Source: an uncultured Thermoleophilia bacterium (lineage in GTDB: Bacteria; Actinomycetota; Thermoleophilia; UBA2241). Taken from it: a stretch of DNA of 64,000 bases. A program made the translations under genes and the position numbers. The notes under the pieces are model-generated. The model saw nothing but the letters and a program-made list of their open reading frames with translations. It had not been told where the DNA came from and did no database searches. Positions 27,607-38,728 of this stretch are shown here, in pieces (positions within the stretch are counted from its first letter, which is position 1; every line of letters starts with the position of its first letter). The stretch covers positions 28,494 to 92,493 of the forward strand of contig CAVQVW010000004.1 in the NCBI GenBank assembly GCA_963717285.1, given 5' to 3'.

Positions 27607-27682
27607 TGGCGCCCCCGGCTGGAATCGAACCAGCGACACCAGGTTTAGGAAACCTGTGCTCTATCCACTGAGCTACGAGGGC
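27607..27682 (-). tRNA. tRNA-Arg (anticodon CCT)
   Basis: GCCCTCG TA GCTC AGTGGATA GAGC A CAGGT TTCCTAA ACCTG GTGTC GCTGG TTCGATT CCAGC CGGGGGC G CCA folds as a cloverleaf. Confidence 0.97.
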
Positions 27683-27734
27683 GCCGCGTGAGTGTAGCAG
27701 GAGTGCCGCGAGACCATAGACCCACTCCCCAGGG

Positions 27735-28292
27735 CTACTTGATCTGATCCGTAATCACGTCGTACCTGTAGCTGCGACTGGAGACACGCTCGTGCGTCAA
27801 GCGGGCGTGTTCGCGAGCGCTTTCGTCGAACGTCTCACCCTCGTCGCGGCCGAGTGCCAACCGCAGTGCGGCACCCTCGAGGATGAGCTCCGCTAGTGCC
27901 TCTTCGGCTTCCTCAGCCGACGCGTAGACGAAGGGGTGACCGGATTCAGCCCTCGTCCGCAGAGAGATCGGCTCGACCGACCTGAAGTCTACCTCGCGGC
28001 CTGTCATCTTCCATCCATCAGCCCCCATGCGGTTGGCGATACTCATCTGCCCGATGTCGGGGACGGGGGCGGCGTAGTCTCGCCGGCCCTGCCGTTGGGC
28101 CAAGACGTAGACGATCTCGTCCCCATCCTTCCCCTTGACCGTCGCGGCATGGATCCACTGCTCAACGATGCCTCGCCACACCCGTATGCGCATGCGAGCG
28201 CACGCGACGATCGCCGCCGGATTATCGCTCCCGGGCGCGATGATGTCGCCGAGCCACGCCTTCTTCATGACTTCCTGTTTGTCCTTGTCCAC
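27735..28292 (-). CDS. Hypothetical protein
   Basis: 185-aa ORF with protein-like composition and no recognised motif. Confidence 0.5.
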   Translation of the reverse strand: MDKDKQEVMKKAWLGDIIAPGSDNPAAIVACARMRIRVWRGIVEQWIHAATVKGKDGDEIVYVLAQRQGRRDYAAPVPDIGQMSIANRMGADGWKMTGREVDFRSVEPISLRTRAESGHPFVYASAEEAEEALAELILEGAALRLALGRDEGETFDESAREHARLTHERVSSRSYRYDVITDQIK

Positions 28293-28417
28293 TACTCACC
28301 CCCGGCCGCTGCCTGGTCACGATCTCAAGACTTGAGCCGAAGTCTACACGCGTGACGCGGCTGGTGCCTGAGGGCGTTCGAGCTCGATGAGAGGCGCTGG
28401 GGAGACCAAGCAGACGG

Positions 28418-28456
28418 CGACGGGGGCCGGCACTTGGTGAATGCCGGCCCCCGTCG
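28418..28456. terminator. 15-bp perfect hairpin downstream of the DUF5679 gene
   Basis: CGACGGGGGCCGGCA-9 nt-TGCCGGCCCCCGTCG; no U-tract. Confidence 0.6.
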
Positions 28457-28502
28457 GGCAAAATGCTATGTATGCAACCCGCTCACGCGGGAGCTGACTC
28501 CC

Positions 28503-28652
28503 CTACTTGCTCTTGCCGATCTTGAACATCTTGGTGCCGCACTCAGGACAAATGCCTTGGGTCGCGGGCTTGCCGTTCTTCATCGTAACGGCCTTCTCGC
28601 TCTTCATGACTCTCTTTGCGCGACACTTGACACAGTAGGCCTCAGTCGCCAT
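28503..28652 (-). CDS. DUF5679-type small zinc-ribbon protein
   Basis: MATEAYCVKCRAKRVM...KNGKPATQGICPECGTKMFKIG; RBS AGGAGA. Confidence 0.85.
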   Translation of the reverse strand: MATEAYCVKCRAKRVMKSEKAVTMKNGKPATQGICPECGTKMFKIGKSK

Positions 28653-28886
28653 GCGGGGGTCTCCTTTCGGACTTCGGGCCGTGTGCACACTGGGCGGACC
28701 GGTCTGCACGCCGCCCATATCTCGGCGAGCATACTACGGGGCCTCCACGCACGCAATGAGACTGGCGTTGCCTGCAGAGCGCACGGACTCGAAGCGCCGT
28801 GTTGCTCATCGCCCCCGCACTTGGTAGAACCATGGGGTCGGCGAGGCGTCAGTAGGCGCCCCGGACACGGGCTCGAGAGGATGGCA

Positions 28887-30215
28887 ATGACCGCGGAGCA
28901 TCAGGACAGGATCGCCAAGCTCATCAAGGACGAACGTGTGAAGCACATCCAGCTGTGGTTCACGGACATCCTCGGCAATCTCAAGATGGTCGAGATCCCC
29001 GACCGGCAGCTCCCCAGCGTCATGCAGAGCGGAGCGCCGTTCGACGGGTCATCGATCACCGGCTATGCGGAGATCGAGGAATCCGACATCGTGGCGATGC
29101 CCGACTGGGAGACCTTCAAGCTGCTGCCGTGGTCGCAGGCCACCGACAAGACGGCCTTCGTCTTCTGCGACGTTCTCGACCGCGACTTCGCGCCGTTCGA
29201 GGGCGACCCGCGCTGGGTCCTCAGGCGACAGCTCGATCGCGCCCGCAAGATGGGTCTCGATCTCTACGTCGGCCCGGAGCTCGAGTACTTCTACTTCAAG
29301 AGCCCCGACAAGCCCGAGGCGATCGACGACGGCGGCTACTTCGACGTGCTGCCGGACGATCTGGGCAACGACCTCCGCAAGCAGACCATGCGAGCCCTCG
29401 ACAAGCTCGGCATACCCATGGAAGCATCCCACCACGAGGTGGCCCCTTCGCAGCACGAGATCGACCCGCACTACGACAAGGCCCTCGCCATGGCCGACCG
29501 CGTCATGATCACGCGCCTGATCGTCAAGGAAGTCGCGGCCCACAACGGCGTCCACGCCACGTTCATGCCGAAGCCCCTCTACGGCCACGCCGGCAGCGGG
29601 ATGCACGTGCATCAGTCGCTGTTCCGCGGCAGCGAGAACGCCTTCTTCAGCGCCGACGACCCCGACCACCTCTCCAAGATCGCCAGAGGGTTCATCGCCG
29701 GTCAGCTCCGCCACATGCGCGAGATCACCTCGGTGCTCAACCAGTACGTGAACAGCTACAAGCGGCTCGTCCCCGGCTACGAGGCGCCGGTCTACATCAG
29801 CTGGGCGCACCGCAACCGCACCGCGCTCATCCGCGTGCCGCTCTACATCAAGGGCAAGGAGAGTACAGTCCGCGCCGAGGTGCGCAACCCAGACCCGGCC
29901 GCCAACCCCTACTTGGCTTTCGCCGTGTTGCTGGCCGCCGGTCTCGAGGGTATCGAGCAGGGATACGACCTGCCGCCGTCGGTCGAGCCCAACATCTACA
30001 AGATGAACGCCCAGCAGCGCGACGCCCACGGGCTGGAAGCGCTCCCCAACAACCTCTACGAGGCAGTCACCGCGACCAAGGACAGCGAGTTCGTACGACG
30101 CACGCTCGGCGACCACTGCTTCGAGCGCTTCGTGACCAACAAGCTCAACGAGTGGTACGAGTACCGCGAGCATGTCAGCGACTACGAGATCAAACGGTAT
30201 CTCTCGAAACTCTGA
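28887..30215 (+). CDS. glnA: Glutamine synthetase type I
   Basis: FDGSSITG, GPELEYF, HHEVAPSQHEI, TFMPKP...GSGMHVH, YKRLVPGYEAP, RNPDPAANPYL. Confidence 0.96.
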   Translation: MTAEHQDRIAKLIKDERVKHIQLWFTDILGNLKMVEIPDRQLPSVMQSGAPFDGSSITGYAEIEESDIVAMPDWETFKLLPWSQATDKTAFVFCDVLDRDFAPFEGDPRWVLRRQLDRARKMGLDLYVGPELEYFYFKSPDKPEAIDDGGYFDVLPDDLGNDLRKQTMRALDKLGIPMEASHHEVAPSQHEIDPHYDKALAMADRVMITRLIVKEVAAHNGVHATFMPKPLYGHAGSGMHVHQSLFRGSENAFFSADDPDHLSKIARGFIAGQLRHMREITSVLNQYVNSYKRLVPGYEAPVYISWAHRNRTALIRVPLYIKGKESTVRAEVRNPDPAANPYLAFAVLLAAGLEGIEQGYDLPPSVEPNIYKMNAQQRDAHGLEALPNNLYEAVTATKDSEFVRRTLGDHCFERFVTNKLNEWYEYREHVSDYEIKRYLSKL

Positions 30216-30249
30216 GAGAGCGAAGAAGTCGACAGACAGGACCAGTCCG

Positions 30250-31029
30250 ATGCCCTCCCTCACAGATCACCTCGCCGCCTGGATCCGCGACCAGGTGGCC
30301 GGCGGCGGCGGCCGGGGCGTCGTGTTCGGCGTCTCCGGCGGCATCGACTCCGCCGTCGTGGCGGGCCTCGCCCGGCGGGCCTTCCCGAAGCACGCGCTGG
30401 GCGTCCTCATGCCCTGCCACAGCGACCCGCAGGACGCCGAGGACGGCGCCCTCGTTGCGGAGCACTTCGGCATCGACGTCACGACGGTCGATCTCACGCC
30501 GGCGTTCGACGTCGTCGTGCAGACCCTCGCTGCGGCGAGCCCAGCACTGCTCGAGAGCCGCCTGGCGCTGGCCAACCTCAAGCCCCGCCTGCGCATGACG
30601 GCCCTGTACGCGCTGGCCAACCAGCTCGGCTACTTCGTAGCCGGCAGCAGCAACCGCAGCGAACTGGCCGTCGGCTACTTTACGAAGTACGGCGACGGCG
30701 GCGTCGACCTGCTGCCGCTTGGAAGCCTTGTCAAGCACGAGGTCCGGGAGATCGCGCTCGCGCTCGAGATTCCCGAACGCATCATCGCGAAGCCGCCCTC
30801 GGCCGGCCTCTGGGCCGGCCAGACCGACGAAGGCGACATGGGTCTCTCCTACAACGAGCTCGACGCCTACCTGCTGTCGGGAGAGGCGTCGGAGGACGTG
30901 AGGATCAGCGTCGACGCCATGCGCGCCGGCAGCGAACACAAGCGCGCCCTGCCCACGATCGCTCCGAGGCCAGATGATCCGACGGACGCAGCTCACCGCA
31001 CGGGCCCAACGGCGTCTGATACAGTTTGA
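30250..31029 (+). CDS. nadE: NH3-dependent NAD+ synthetase
   Basis: [41 protein letters not shown]. Confidence 0.95.
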   Translation: MPSLTDHLAAWIRDQVAGGGGRGVVFGVSGGIDSAVVAGLARRAFPKHALGVLMPCHSDPQDAEDGALVAEHFGIDVTTVDLTPAFDVVVQTLAAASPALLESRLALANLKPRLRMTALYALANQLGYFVAGSSNRSELAVGYFTKYGDGGVDLLPLGSLVKHEVREIALALEIPERIIAKPPSAGLWAGQTDEGDMGLSYNELDAYLLSGEASEDVRISVDAMRAGSEHKRALPTIAPRPDDPTDAAHRTGPTASDTV

Positions 31030-31055
31030 CGCCCGTCGCATCCGGAGAGGGCACA

Positions 31056-32309
31056 GTGCCAGTCGTCGTCCAGAAATATGGGGGCACTTCGGTCGCCGAT
31101 GCGGCGCGCATCGGCAATGTCGCGCGGCGCATCGTCGCCACCTACGAGCAGGGCAACAGCGTCTGCGCCGTCGTGTCTGCGCGCGGCGACACCACAGACG
31201 AGCTGGTCGCTCTGGCCCACGAGATCACACCGCTTCCGCCTGAGCGCGAGATGGACATGCTCCTCTCGGCCGGCGAGCGCATCAGCTGCGCTCTGCTGGC
31301 CATGGCCATCCATCGCCTGGGCCGGGAGGCCGTGAGCTTCACCGGCTCGCAGGCCGGCATCGTCACGGACTCGGTGCACACTCGGGCACGCATCGTCGGC
31401 ATCAACCCCAGCCGCGTCCAGGAGGCCATGGCCGAGGGCCAGATCGTGCTGGTCGCCGGCTTCCAGGGAGTCAGCACCAACAGGGACGTCACGACGCTGG
31501 GTCGTGGTGGCTCCGACACCACCGCCGTGGCCTTGGCGCATGCCCTGAAGGCCAACGTGTGCGAGATCTACTCCGACGTCGATGGCGTCTACACCGCCAA
31601 CCCGAGTCTCGTCGCCAAGGCCCGCAAGATCGCGCACATCTCGTACGATGAGATGCTCGAGATGGCCGCGGCCGGCGCGCAAGTCCTCGCCGTGCGCGCC
31701 GTCGAGTACGCGCGCAGGTACGACATCCCGATCCACGTGCGCTCGAGCTTCTCCGATCACGAAGGCACCTGGGTCAGAGAGGAAGACCCGAACATGGAGA
31801 GCCCCATCATCAGATCCGTCACGTACACGACCGACGAAGCGCGGGTGACCGTGCGCGGGGTGCCCGACCAGCCGGGCGTGGCTGCTGAGGTGTTCGGCGC
31901 CCTCGCCGAGGCGCACGTCAACGTCGACATGATCATCCAGAACACCAGCGAGAGTGGTCATACCGATATCTCCTGCACCATCCCCATGGAGGACAGCGGC
32001 GTCGCCGATCTTGTCCTGCGCACGGTGATCGAGAGGCTGGGTGCCAAGGGCTACGTCACGGATGACAACATCGCCAAGATCAGTGTCATCGGCGTCGGCA
32101 TGCGCAGCAACCCCGGGGTGGCAGCGATGATGTTCAAGACGCTCGCCGGTCTCGGCATCAATCTCGACATGATCACCACGTCGCCGATCAAGATCTCGGC
32201 GGTGATCGCCAAGGACCGCGTCGACGAAGCAGTCCGCGTACTGCACGACGTCTTCGAGCTTGACACGGGCTGCATCCATCACGTGCAGGCCGACCGGGGC
32301 TCGTTCTGA
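31056..32309 (+). CDS. lysC: Aspartate kinase
   Basis: [33 protein letters not shown], and two ACT domains. Confidence 0.96.
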   Translation: MPVVVQKYGGTSVADAARIGNVARRIVATYEQGNSVCAVVSARGDTTDELVALAHEITPLPPEREMDMLLSAGERISCALLAMAIHRLGREAVSFTGSQAGIVTDSVHTRARIVGINPSRVQEAMAEGQIVLVAGFQGVSTNRDVTTLGRGGSDTTAVALAHALKANVCEIYSDVDGVYTANPSLVAKARKIAHISYDEMLEMAAAGAQVLAVRAVEYARRYDIPIHVRSSFSDHEGTWVREEDPNMESPIIRSVTYTTDEARVTVRGVPDQPGVAAEVFGALAEAHVNVDMIIQNTSESGHTDISCTIPMEDSGVADLVLRTVIERLGAKGYVTDDNIAKISVIGVGMRSNPGVAAMMFKTLAGLGINLDMITTSPIKISAVIAKDRVDEAVRVLHDVFELDTGCIHHVQADRGSF

Positions 32310-32311
32310 CG

Positions 32312-33358
32312 ATGGGCAGGCAGTACCGCGTCGCCATCGTAGGAGCCACAGGAGTCGTCGGGGGCACCGTCCGAAGCATCCTCGAGGAGAGGGCGTTCCC
32401 GGTAGGCGATCTGCGCCTCTTGGCCAGCGCACGCTCGGCCGGCCGTCGGCTCACGTTCGCGGGAGTCGAGCACGAGGTGCAGGAGCTCGGCGCCGACTCG
32501 TTCGCAGACGTGGATGTGGCCTTCTTCGCGGCCGGCGGTGCCATCAGCCGCGAGTTCGCACGACCGGCGACCGCCGCCGGAGCCACCGTCATCGACAAGT
32601 CGAGTGTGTTTCGGCTGCACCCAGAGGTGCCTCTGGTCGTGCCCGAGGTCAACGCCGAGCACCTTGAGGCGCACAAAGGCGTCATCGCCACTCCCAACTG
32701 CTCCACCATCCAGATGGTCGTGGCCCTGCGCCCCATCCACGATGCCGCGGGCATCGAACGGGTCGTCGTGAGCACCTACCAGGCGGTGTCGGGCAGCGGC
32801 CAGGGCGGCATCGCGGCACTCGATGGGCAGCTGCGTGAGTGGGCGGCCGGAGACACCGTGGGGCCGCGCTTCTACCCCCACCAGATCGCCCTCAACGTGC
32901 TACCGCACATCGACAGCTTCCTGCCCTCAGGGGCGACGAAGGAGGAGCAGAAGATGGTCGACGAGACGACCAAGATCTTCGCCGATCCCAGCATCAAGGT
33001 GACCGCCACCTGCGTGCGCGTGCCGGTGTTCGGCGCACACAGCGAAGCGGTCAACGTACAGACGAGGAGCAAGCTGATGGCCGACGAGGCCCGCGCCCTG
33101 CTGGCCGGCAGCCCCGGCATCCAGGTCGTAGACGATCCGCAGGAGTTGCAGTACCCCATGCCGCTGCCGGCCGAGGGCACTGATCCCGTCTACGTCGGCC
33201 GTATCCGTGAGGACGTCACGATTCCCAACGGCCTCGACCTCTGGATAGTCGCCGACAACCTGCGCAAGGGCGCCGCACTCAACGCCGTCCAGATCGCCGA
33301 GGAGCTCGTGCGACGCGACCTGTTGAACCGCGGTGCAGGTATACTGAGGTGGTCATGA
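32312..33358 (+). CDS. asd: Aspartate-semialdehyde dehydrogenase
   Basis: VAIVGATGVVG, PNCSTIQ, STYQAVSGSG, TCVRVPVFGAHS, DNLRKGAALNAVQI. Confidence 0.96.
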   Translation: MGRQYRVAIVGATGVVGGTVRSILEERAFPVGDLRLLASARSAGRRLTFAGVEHEVQELGADSFADVDVAFFAAGGAISREFARPATAAGATVIDKSSVFRLHPEVPLVVPEVNAEHLEAHKGVIATPNCSTIQMVVALRPIHDAAGIERVVVSTYQAVSGSGQGGIAALDGQLREWAAGDTVGPRFYPHQIALNVLPHIDSFLPSGATKEEQKMVDETTKIFADPSIKVTATCVRVPVFGAHSEAVNVQTRSKLMADEARALLAGSPGIQVVDDPQELQYPMPLPAEGTDPVYVGRIREDVTIPNGLDLWIVADNLRKGAALNAVQIAEELVRRDLLNRGAGILRWS

Positions 33359-34380
33359 ACGGCGCAGACACACCTCCGACACCAGACGCGCAGGCGACTC
33401 ACGACGTCGTGATCGTCGGCGCAGGCCCAGCCGGCCTCGCGGCGGGCATCTACTGCTCGCGTGCCCGCCTCGACACGGTCATCATCGACCGAAACATGGC
33501 AGGCGGCGTCATCGCCGTCACCGAGCTCGTCGAGAACTTCCCCGGCTTTCCCGGTGGCATCTCGGGATTCGAACTGGCCGATCGACTCAAGCGTCAAGCC
33601 ATGCAGTTCGGCGTCGATCTCCGCGAGATCACCGCGGTGACGGCGGTCAATCAGGAGAAGGACAACACCTACACGATCGTCACGGACCAAGGCGAACTGC
33701 GCACGAGAGCCGTGATCCTCGCCCCCGGCCGCGAGGCGAAGCGCAGCGGCATCCCCGGCGAGGAGGAGTTCATCGGCCGTGGCGTGAGCTGGTGCGCCAC
33801 CTGCGACGGCGCCCTGTATCGCGGACGCACGGTCGCGGTCGTCGGCGGCGGAGACTCGGCCGTCGAGGAGGGCATCTTCCTGACCAAGTTCGCCGAAAAG
33901 GTCTACCTCGTGCATCGTCGCGACGAGCTGCGAGCCGCCGAGGTCGCCCAGGAACGCGCCTTCTGCAATCCGAAGTTCGAGTTCGTCTGGGATTCCATCC
34001 CCCGACGCATCGTCGGCGACGACGTAGTCCGGGAGCTCGAGGTCGAGAACGTGAAGACGGGCGAGGTCCGCGGACTGCCCGTCAACGGCGTCTTCTTCTA
34101 CATCGGGAACACGCCGAACACACGCTTCCTGAAGGACGTCGTCGATCTCGATGACGGTGGGTACATCGTTACCGACGAACTGCTGCACACCAATCTCGCG
34201 GGCGTGTACGCCTGCGGCGACGCCCGCGCCAACCCGCTCAAGCAGATCGCGACCGCGGTGGGCGAGGGCGCTCTCGCCGCCATGCAAGCCGAGCACTATC
34301 TCTCCGCGGTCGCGTGTCTCATACCGGGCGCCAAGGAAGCGCCCGGCGGTGCCGCCCCCCGACCGGGGCCGCAAGGCTGA
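33355..34380 (+). CDS. trxB: Thioredoxin reductase
   Basis: GAGPAG, GVSWCATCDG, VGGGDSAVEE, GVYACGD. Confidence 0.95.
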   Translation: MNGADTPPTPDAQATHDVVIVGAGPAGLAAGIYCSRARLDTVIIDRNMAGGVIAVTELVENFPGFPGGISGFELADRLKRQAMQFGVDLREITAVTAVNQEKDNTYTIVTDQGELRTRAVILAPGREAKRSGIPGEEEFIGRGVSWCATCDGALYRGRTVAVVGGGDSAVEEGIFLTKFAEKVYLVHRRDELRAAEVAQERAFCNPKFEFVWDSIPRRIVGDDVVRELEVENVKTGEVRGLPVNGVFFYIGNTPNTRFLKDVVDLDDGGYIVTDELLHTNLAGVYACGDARANPLKQIATAVGEGALAAMQAEHYLSAVACLIPGAKEAPGGAAPRPGPQG

Positions 34381-34392
34381 CAGGAGGACCAC

Positions 34393-34707
34393 GTGGAGGC
34401 CGTCTCCCAGGACAACTTCGAATCCGAGGTCATCGAGTCTCCAGGCAGGGTCCTGGTCGACTTCTGGGCAGAGTGGTGCGGCCCCTGTCGCATGGTCGGC
34501 CCCGTGCTCGAGGAGATGGCAGCCGACTACCCGTCGGTCAAGTTCGTCAAGGTCAACGTCGATGAGGCGCCAGCCGTCGCGCAGCAGTTCGGCGTCATGA
34601 ACATCCCGACGATCCTCGCCTTCGAGGGCGGCGCGGTGAAGCAACGCGTGGTCGGCGCCATGGCCAAGACGAAACTGGCCGAGGAGCTTGGCTCTTTCCT
34701 CGGCTAG
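34393..34707 (+). CDS. trxA: Thioredoxin
   Basis: VDFWAEWCGPC. Confidence 0.96.
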   Translation: MEAVSQDNFESEVIESPGRVLVDFWAEWCGPCRMVGPVLEEMAADYPSVKFVKVNVDEAPAVAQQFGVMNIPTILAFEGGAVKQRVVGAMAKTKLAEELGSFLG

Positions 34708-35403
34708 TCTCGCTCCAGGCGCAAGCCGCAGACGTCGTAGCTGAACGAGATCGGCGCGGTCACTGAAGGCGACGTCCATCCCCATCTGCGCGGCGACCGG
34801 TAGTGCCTTGAAGCGCTCCCGCACGAGCGCTGCCTTGGAGGCCGGTGCACCCGCGGTCTGCAGCCAGTAGTCCAGATCCACGGTGCAGCGCACGCTCCCC
34901 CTGCGGCTCGCTCGAAGCCCGGCTTCGCCGGCCAAGCTCTCCAGCTCCTCGGGCCGGTAGTGACGGCGATGGGCCGGCTGCCGCAGCCGAGCCAGGTCGT
35001 TGAAGGCGTCATCGACAGCTTCGTCGACGACCGCATCGACGATCACCACGCGTCCGCCCTCGCGGGTCACTCGCCGCAGCTCGGCCAGCGCCGCGACAGG
35101 GTTGGCCGAGAGGTGCAGCACATCGCATCCCATGGCCAGTGAGAAGGTAGCGTCGGCATGGGGGAGCGAGAAGAGGTCGACCAGGGTGAACGCCATGTTC
35201 TCGAGACCCAGCTCCGAGGCCAGACGGAGCCCTTCCTCGAGCATGTCCGGGCGGTCGGCAGCTGCCTCCAGAGTGTCCACTTCCGGCGCCAGCGTGAACG
35301 CCGCCATCCCCGCGCCGGCGGCATAGTCGAGAACGACGTCCGTCGCGCTCGGCCCCGCCAGCTCGATCAGCAGATCAAGCGACTCATCGCGACTCTCCTT
35401 CAC
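34704..35403 (-). CDS. Class I SAM-dependent methyltransferase-like protein (frameshift near 34750)
   Basis: VLDYAAGAG, LPHADATFSL, ELRRVTREGGRVVIVD; the C-terminus continues in frame 34704-35036. Confidence 0.7.
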
Positions 35404-35450
35404 GCCGTCCCCCCCTTCAGTCGCCGGCCGCCAGCCCGGCGTCCGTCCCG

Positions 35451-38400
35451 TCAATCGCGAGCAACGGTGAAGATGGTCCCCGTAGCGGACAAACCGATCT
35501 CGACGTCGTGGCCCTCGATACGAGCCGTTTCACGATACTCCCCCCCAGTCCCACCGAACGCTAGCTCGCTTGCCAGGGTCTCGGACTTGATGGTCTCTTG
35601 ATGTCGCGTCACCAGTGACCGCAGCCCGTCGGGCGCCGCCAGCGTCAGACTGATGGTGTCCTCGATACGCAAATCGGCATTCTTGCGCGCAAGCTGAATA
35701 GCATGCACGAACTCGCGCGCCACGCCCTCCTCGCGCAGGGTGTCGTCGATCGCGGTCTTGAGGGCCACCGTACGCCCTCCTTCGCTCTCGACCTGGTACC
35801 CCTCGGGCGAGCTGGTCTCGATGAGCAGATCCTCCTCGACGAGACTGATCTCGCCCTCAGAGGTGGTGACCGTCACGGAGCCGGCGTCCCTGAGCCGGGC
35901 AACGAGGCCGCCGCCGTCGCCCAAGCTCAGCGCCACCCGGAGGGCGCCGAGCTGCTTGCCGAGCCGCGGGCCAAGCACCCTGAGGTTGGGCTTGACCGTG
36001 TAGGTGACCATCTCGCTCTCGTCGGCCACCGTGCGCAGATCCTTGACGTTGAGTTCGTCCAGCACGACCTCGCGCAGCGCCTCTACGGCGCGCCATTCGT
36101 CCGCCGGAAGCGCCACGACGACCTCGGCCAGGGGCTGCCTGGTCTTGACGGCGGCCGCATTGCGAGCCGCCCGACCAAGTTCGACGACGCGCCGCGCCGC
36201 GGCCATGTCGAACGACAGTCCAGTGTCGATGGCCTGCGCATCGCAGTCAGGCCAGGAGCAGAGATGGACGCTCTCCGGCGCCTCGACGTCGACGGAGCGC
36301 ACCAGGTTCTGGTACAGCTCCTCCGCGACGAACGGCGTGAACGGCGCCATGAGCTTGGCCACGGTCACCAGAGCCTCGTAGCAACGTGTGGTAGGCGGCC
36401 AGCTTGTCGCTGTCGCTCTCGCTCTTCCAGAAGCGGCGGCGGCTGCGCCGCACGTACCAGTTGCTCAGGTCGTCGACGAACTGCTGGATGGCGCGAGACG
36501 TACCGGTCGCATCGTAGTCCTCGAGCCCCTCTGTGACGGTCTGCACCAGCCCGTTGAGTTCGCTGATCAGCCACCGATCGAGCAGCGGTCTTTCAGTGAG
36601 AGGCACCGCCCGCTCAGCAGGGTCGAACCGGTCGATGTTGGCGTACACGGTGAAGAAGCTGTACGTGTTCCAGAGGGTGAGGAGGAACTTGCGCACGACC
36701 TCGTCGACCATCTCCGCACTGAAGCGCCGCGGACTCCAGGGGTTTTGGGCGGCGAACATGAACCAGCGGAAGGCATCGGCGCCCTGCCGGTCGAGGATCT
36801 CGTCGGGCTGGACGACGTTGCCTTTGCTCTTGCTCATCTTCTGACCCTCGGCATCCAGGATGTGCCCAAGACACAAGACGCGCTTGTACGAGCTGGAGCC
36901 TTCGACCAGGGTGGCCACGGCGAGCAGGCTGTAGAACCAGCCACGCGTCTGGTCGATCGCCTCCGCGATGAAGTCGGCGGGGAAGCGTTCGGCGAAGACA
37001 TCCTCGTTCTCGAACGGGTAGTGCCACTGCGCGAACGGCATGGCTCCGGAGTCGAACCACGCATCGATGACCTCGTTGACGCGACGCATCTCTCCCCGGC
37101 ACTGCGGACACTCGAGCACGACGTCGTCGACGTAGGGCCGGTGGAGCTCGAGATCGTCCGGCACCGGCCCTGCCGCCATCTCGCGCAGCTCGGCGACACT
37201 GCCCACGCAATGGACGTGCCCTCCCTCGCAGCGCCAGATCGGCAGCGGTGTGCCCCAGTACCGATCGCGGCTCAGTGCCCAGTCGATGTTGTTGGCGAGC
37301 CACTCGCCGAAGCGTCCGTGCTTGATGTGATCCGGGTACCAGACGATCTGGTCGTTGGCCTCGATCAGCTCGTCCTTGACGGCCGTGGTGCGGATGTACC
37401 AGGTCGCCTTGGCGTAGTAGAGAAGGGGGGTGTCGCAGCGCCAGCAGAACGGGTAGCTGTGCTCGTAGGGCTCGACGCCGAGCAGCAGACCGCGGCCCTC
37501 TAGATCCTCGGCGATGGCCGGGTCGGCGTCCTTGACGAAGCGCCCGGCCCACGGCGTGACGTCGGCGATGAACCTGCCCTCCGTGTCCACGGCGTTGACG
37601 ACGGGAAGATCGTTCTCTCGCCCCACGCGCATGTCGTCCTCACCGAAAGCGGGTGCAATGTGCACGATCCCGGTTCCGTCGGTGGTCGTCACGTAGTCGC
37701 CGGCGATGACGAAGTACGCCCGCGCGTCAGGCGTCATGTAGCGGAACGGCGGCTCGTACTCCAAACCGAGGAGGTCGCGGCCGACAAGCTCGCGCTCGGC
37801 CACGGCCTCCTTGCCGAGCACCTTCTCCCGCAAGTCGCGAGCGATCACGAAACGCTCGCCTCGGCTTCTCGCGAGAACGTAGGTGACGTCGGGGTGCACC
37901 GCCGCCGCCACGTTGCTGAGGAGGGTCCACGGCGTCGTCGTCCACACCGCCAGCGAGACCGGCGACGCATCGACGCCTCCCAGCCTGGTCGCCGCCTCCG
38001 GCACCAAGGGAAAGCGGACGTAGATCGAGTCGTCGGTCACATCTCTGTAGCCCTGCGCGACCTCGTGGCTGCTGATCGCCGTCCCGCAGCGCGGGCAGTA
38101 GGGCACGACCTTGTGGCCCTGGTAGAGAAGGTCCTTGTCCCAGATCTGGCGCAGGAGCCACCAGACCGTCTCGATGTACTCGTTCGTGTAGGTGTAGTAC
38201 GCGTCGTCCAGGTCGATCCAGAAGCCGATCCGCTCCGTGAAGACGTCCCACTCGGCAAGATACGCGGTGACGCTCTCGCGGCAGAGCGCGTTGAACTCCG
38301 CGATCCCGTACTCCTCGATCTGCTTCTTGCCGTCGATGCCGAGACGGCGTTCGACCTCAAGCTCGACGGGGAGTCCATGAGTGTCCCACCCGGCCTTCCG

Positions 38401-38658
38401 CGGCACGCGATAGCCGCGCATCGTCTTGTAGCGCGGGTAGAGATCCTTGAAGATGCGCGAGATGACGTGGTGGGATCCGGGGCGACCATTGCCCGTCGGA
38501 GGGCCCTCGTAGAACACGTAGACCGGTGCGTCCTCACGCCCTTCGAGGCTCTTCTCGAAGATGCGGTGCTCCTTCCAGAAAGCGAGGATGCGGGCGTCGA
38601 GCGCGGGAAGATCGACGCGCGGCGACACTTCGCTGAAGCGGGGTCGATCGTCGCTCAC
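35451..38658 (-). CDS. ileS: Isoleucyl-tRNA synthetase type 2 (frameshift near 36380)
   Basis: FYEGPPTGNGRPGSHH, GWDTHGLPVE, WTTTPWTL, GTGIVH, DWALSRDRYWG, KMSKS; the C-terminal IleRS2 domain is in 35451-36368. Confidence 0.95.
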
Positions 38659-38728
38659 CTGACTCGCTTTCGTCGCGTGGGCCGGGGGCGCGATTCTACC
38701 AGACCCCACCCTGCGCTAGACTGATGAC

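Larger units (their letters stand above)
831..27682. mobile_element. tRNA-Arg-integrated element, phage-satellite (PICI)-like / integrative element
   Basis: Bounded by a tRNA 3'-end duplication. Contains a tyrosine integrase, excisionase-like HTH, primase-helicase, ParB-MTase and ssb. No structural or T4SS genes seen. Confidence 0.85.

Noticed and set aside
29049-38724. Long antisense and alternate-frame ORFs over glnA, lysC, trxB and ileS (e.g. 29049-30263, 30993-32432, 36388-37503)
   Set aside because: Shadow ORFs caused by high GC3 codon bias opposite well-supported genes
38659-38728. T-box leader expected upstream of ileS
   Set aside because: The intergenic space is only ~70 bp and no T-box motif is visible
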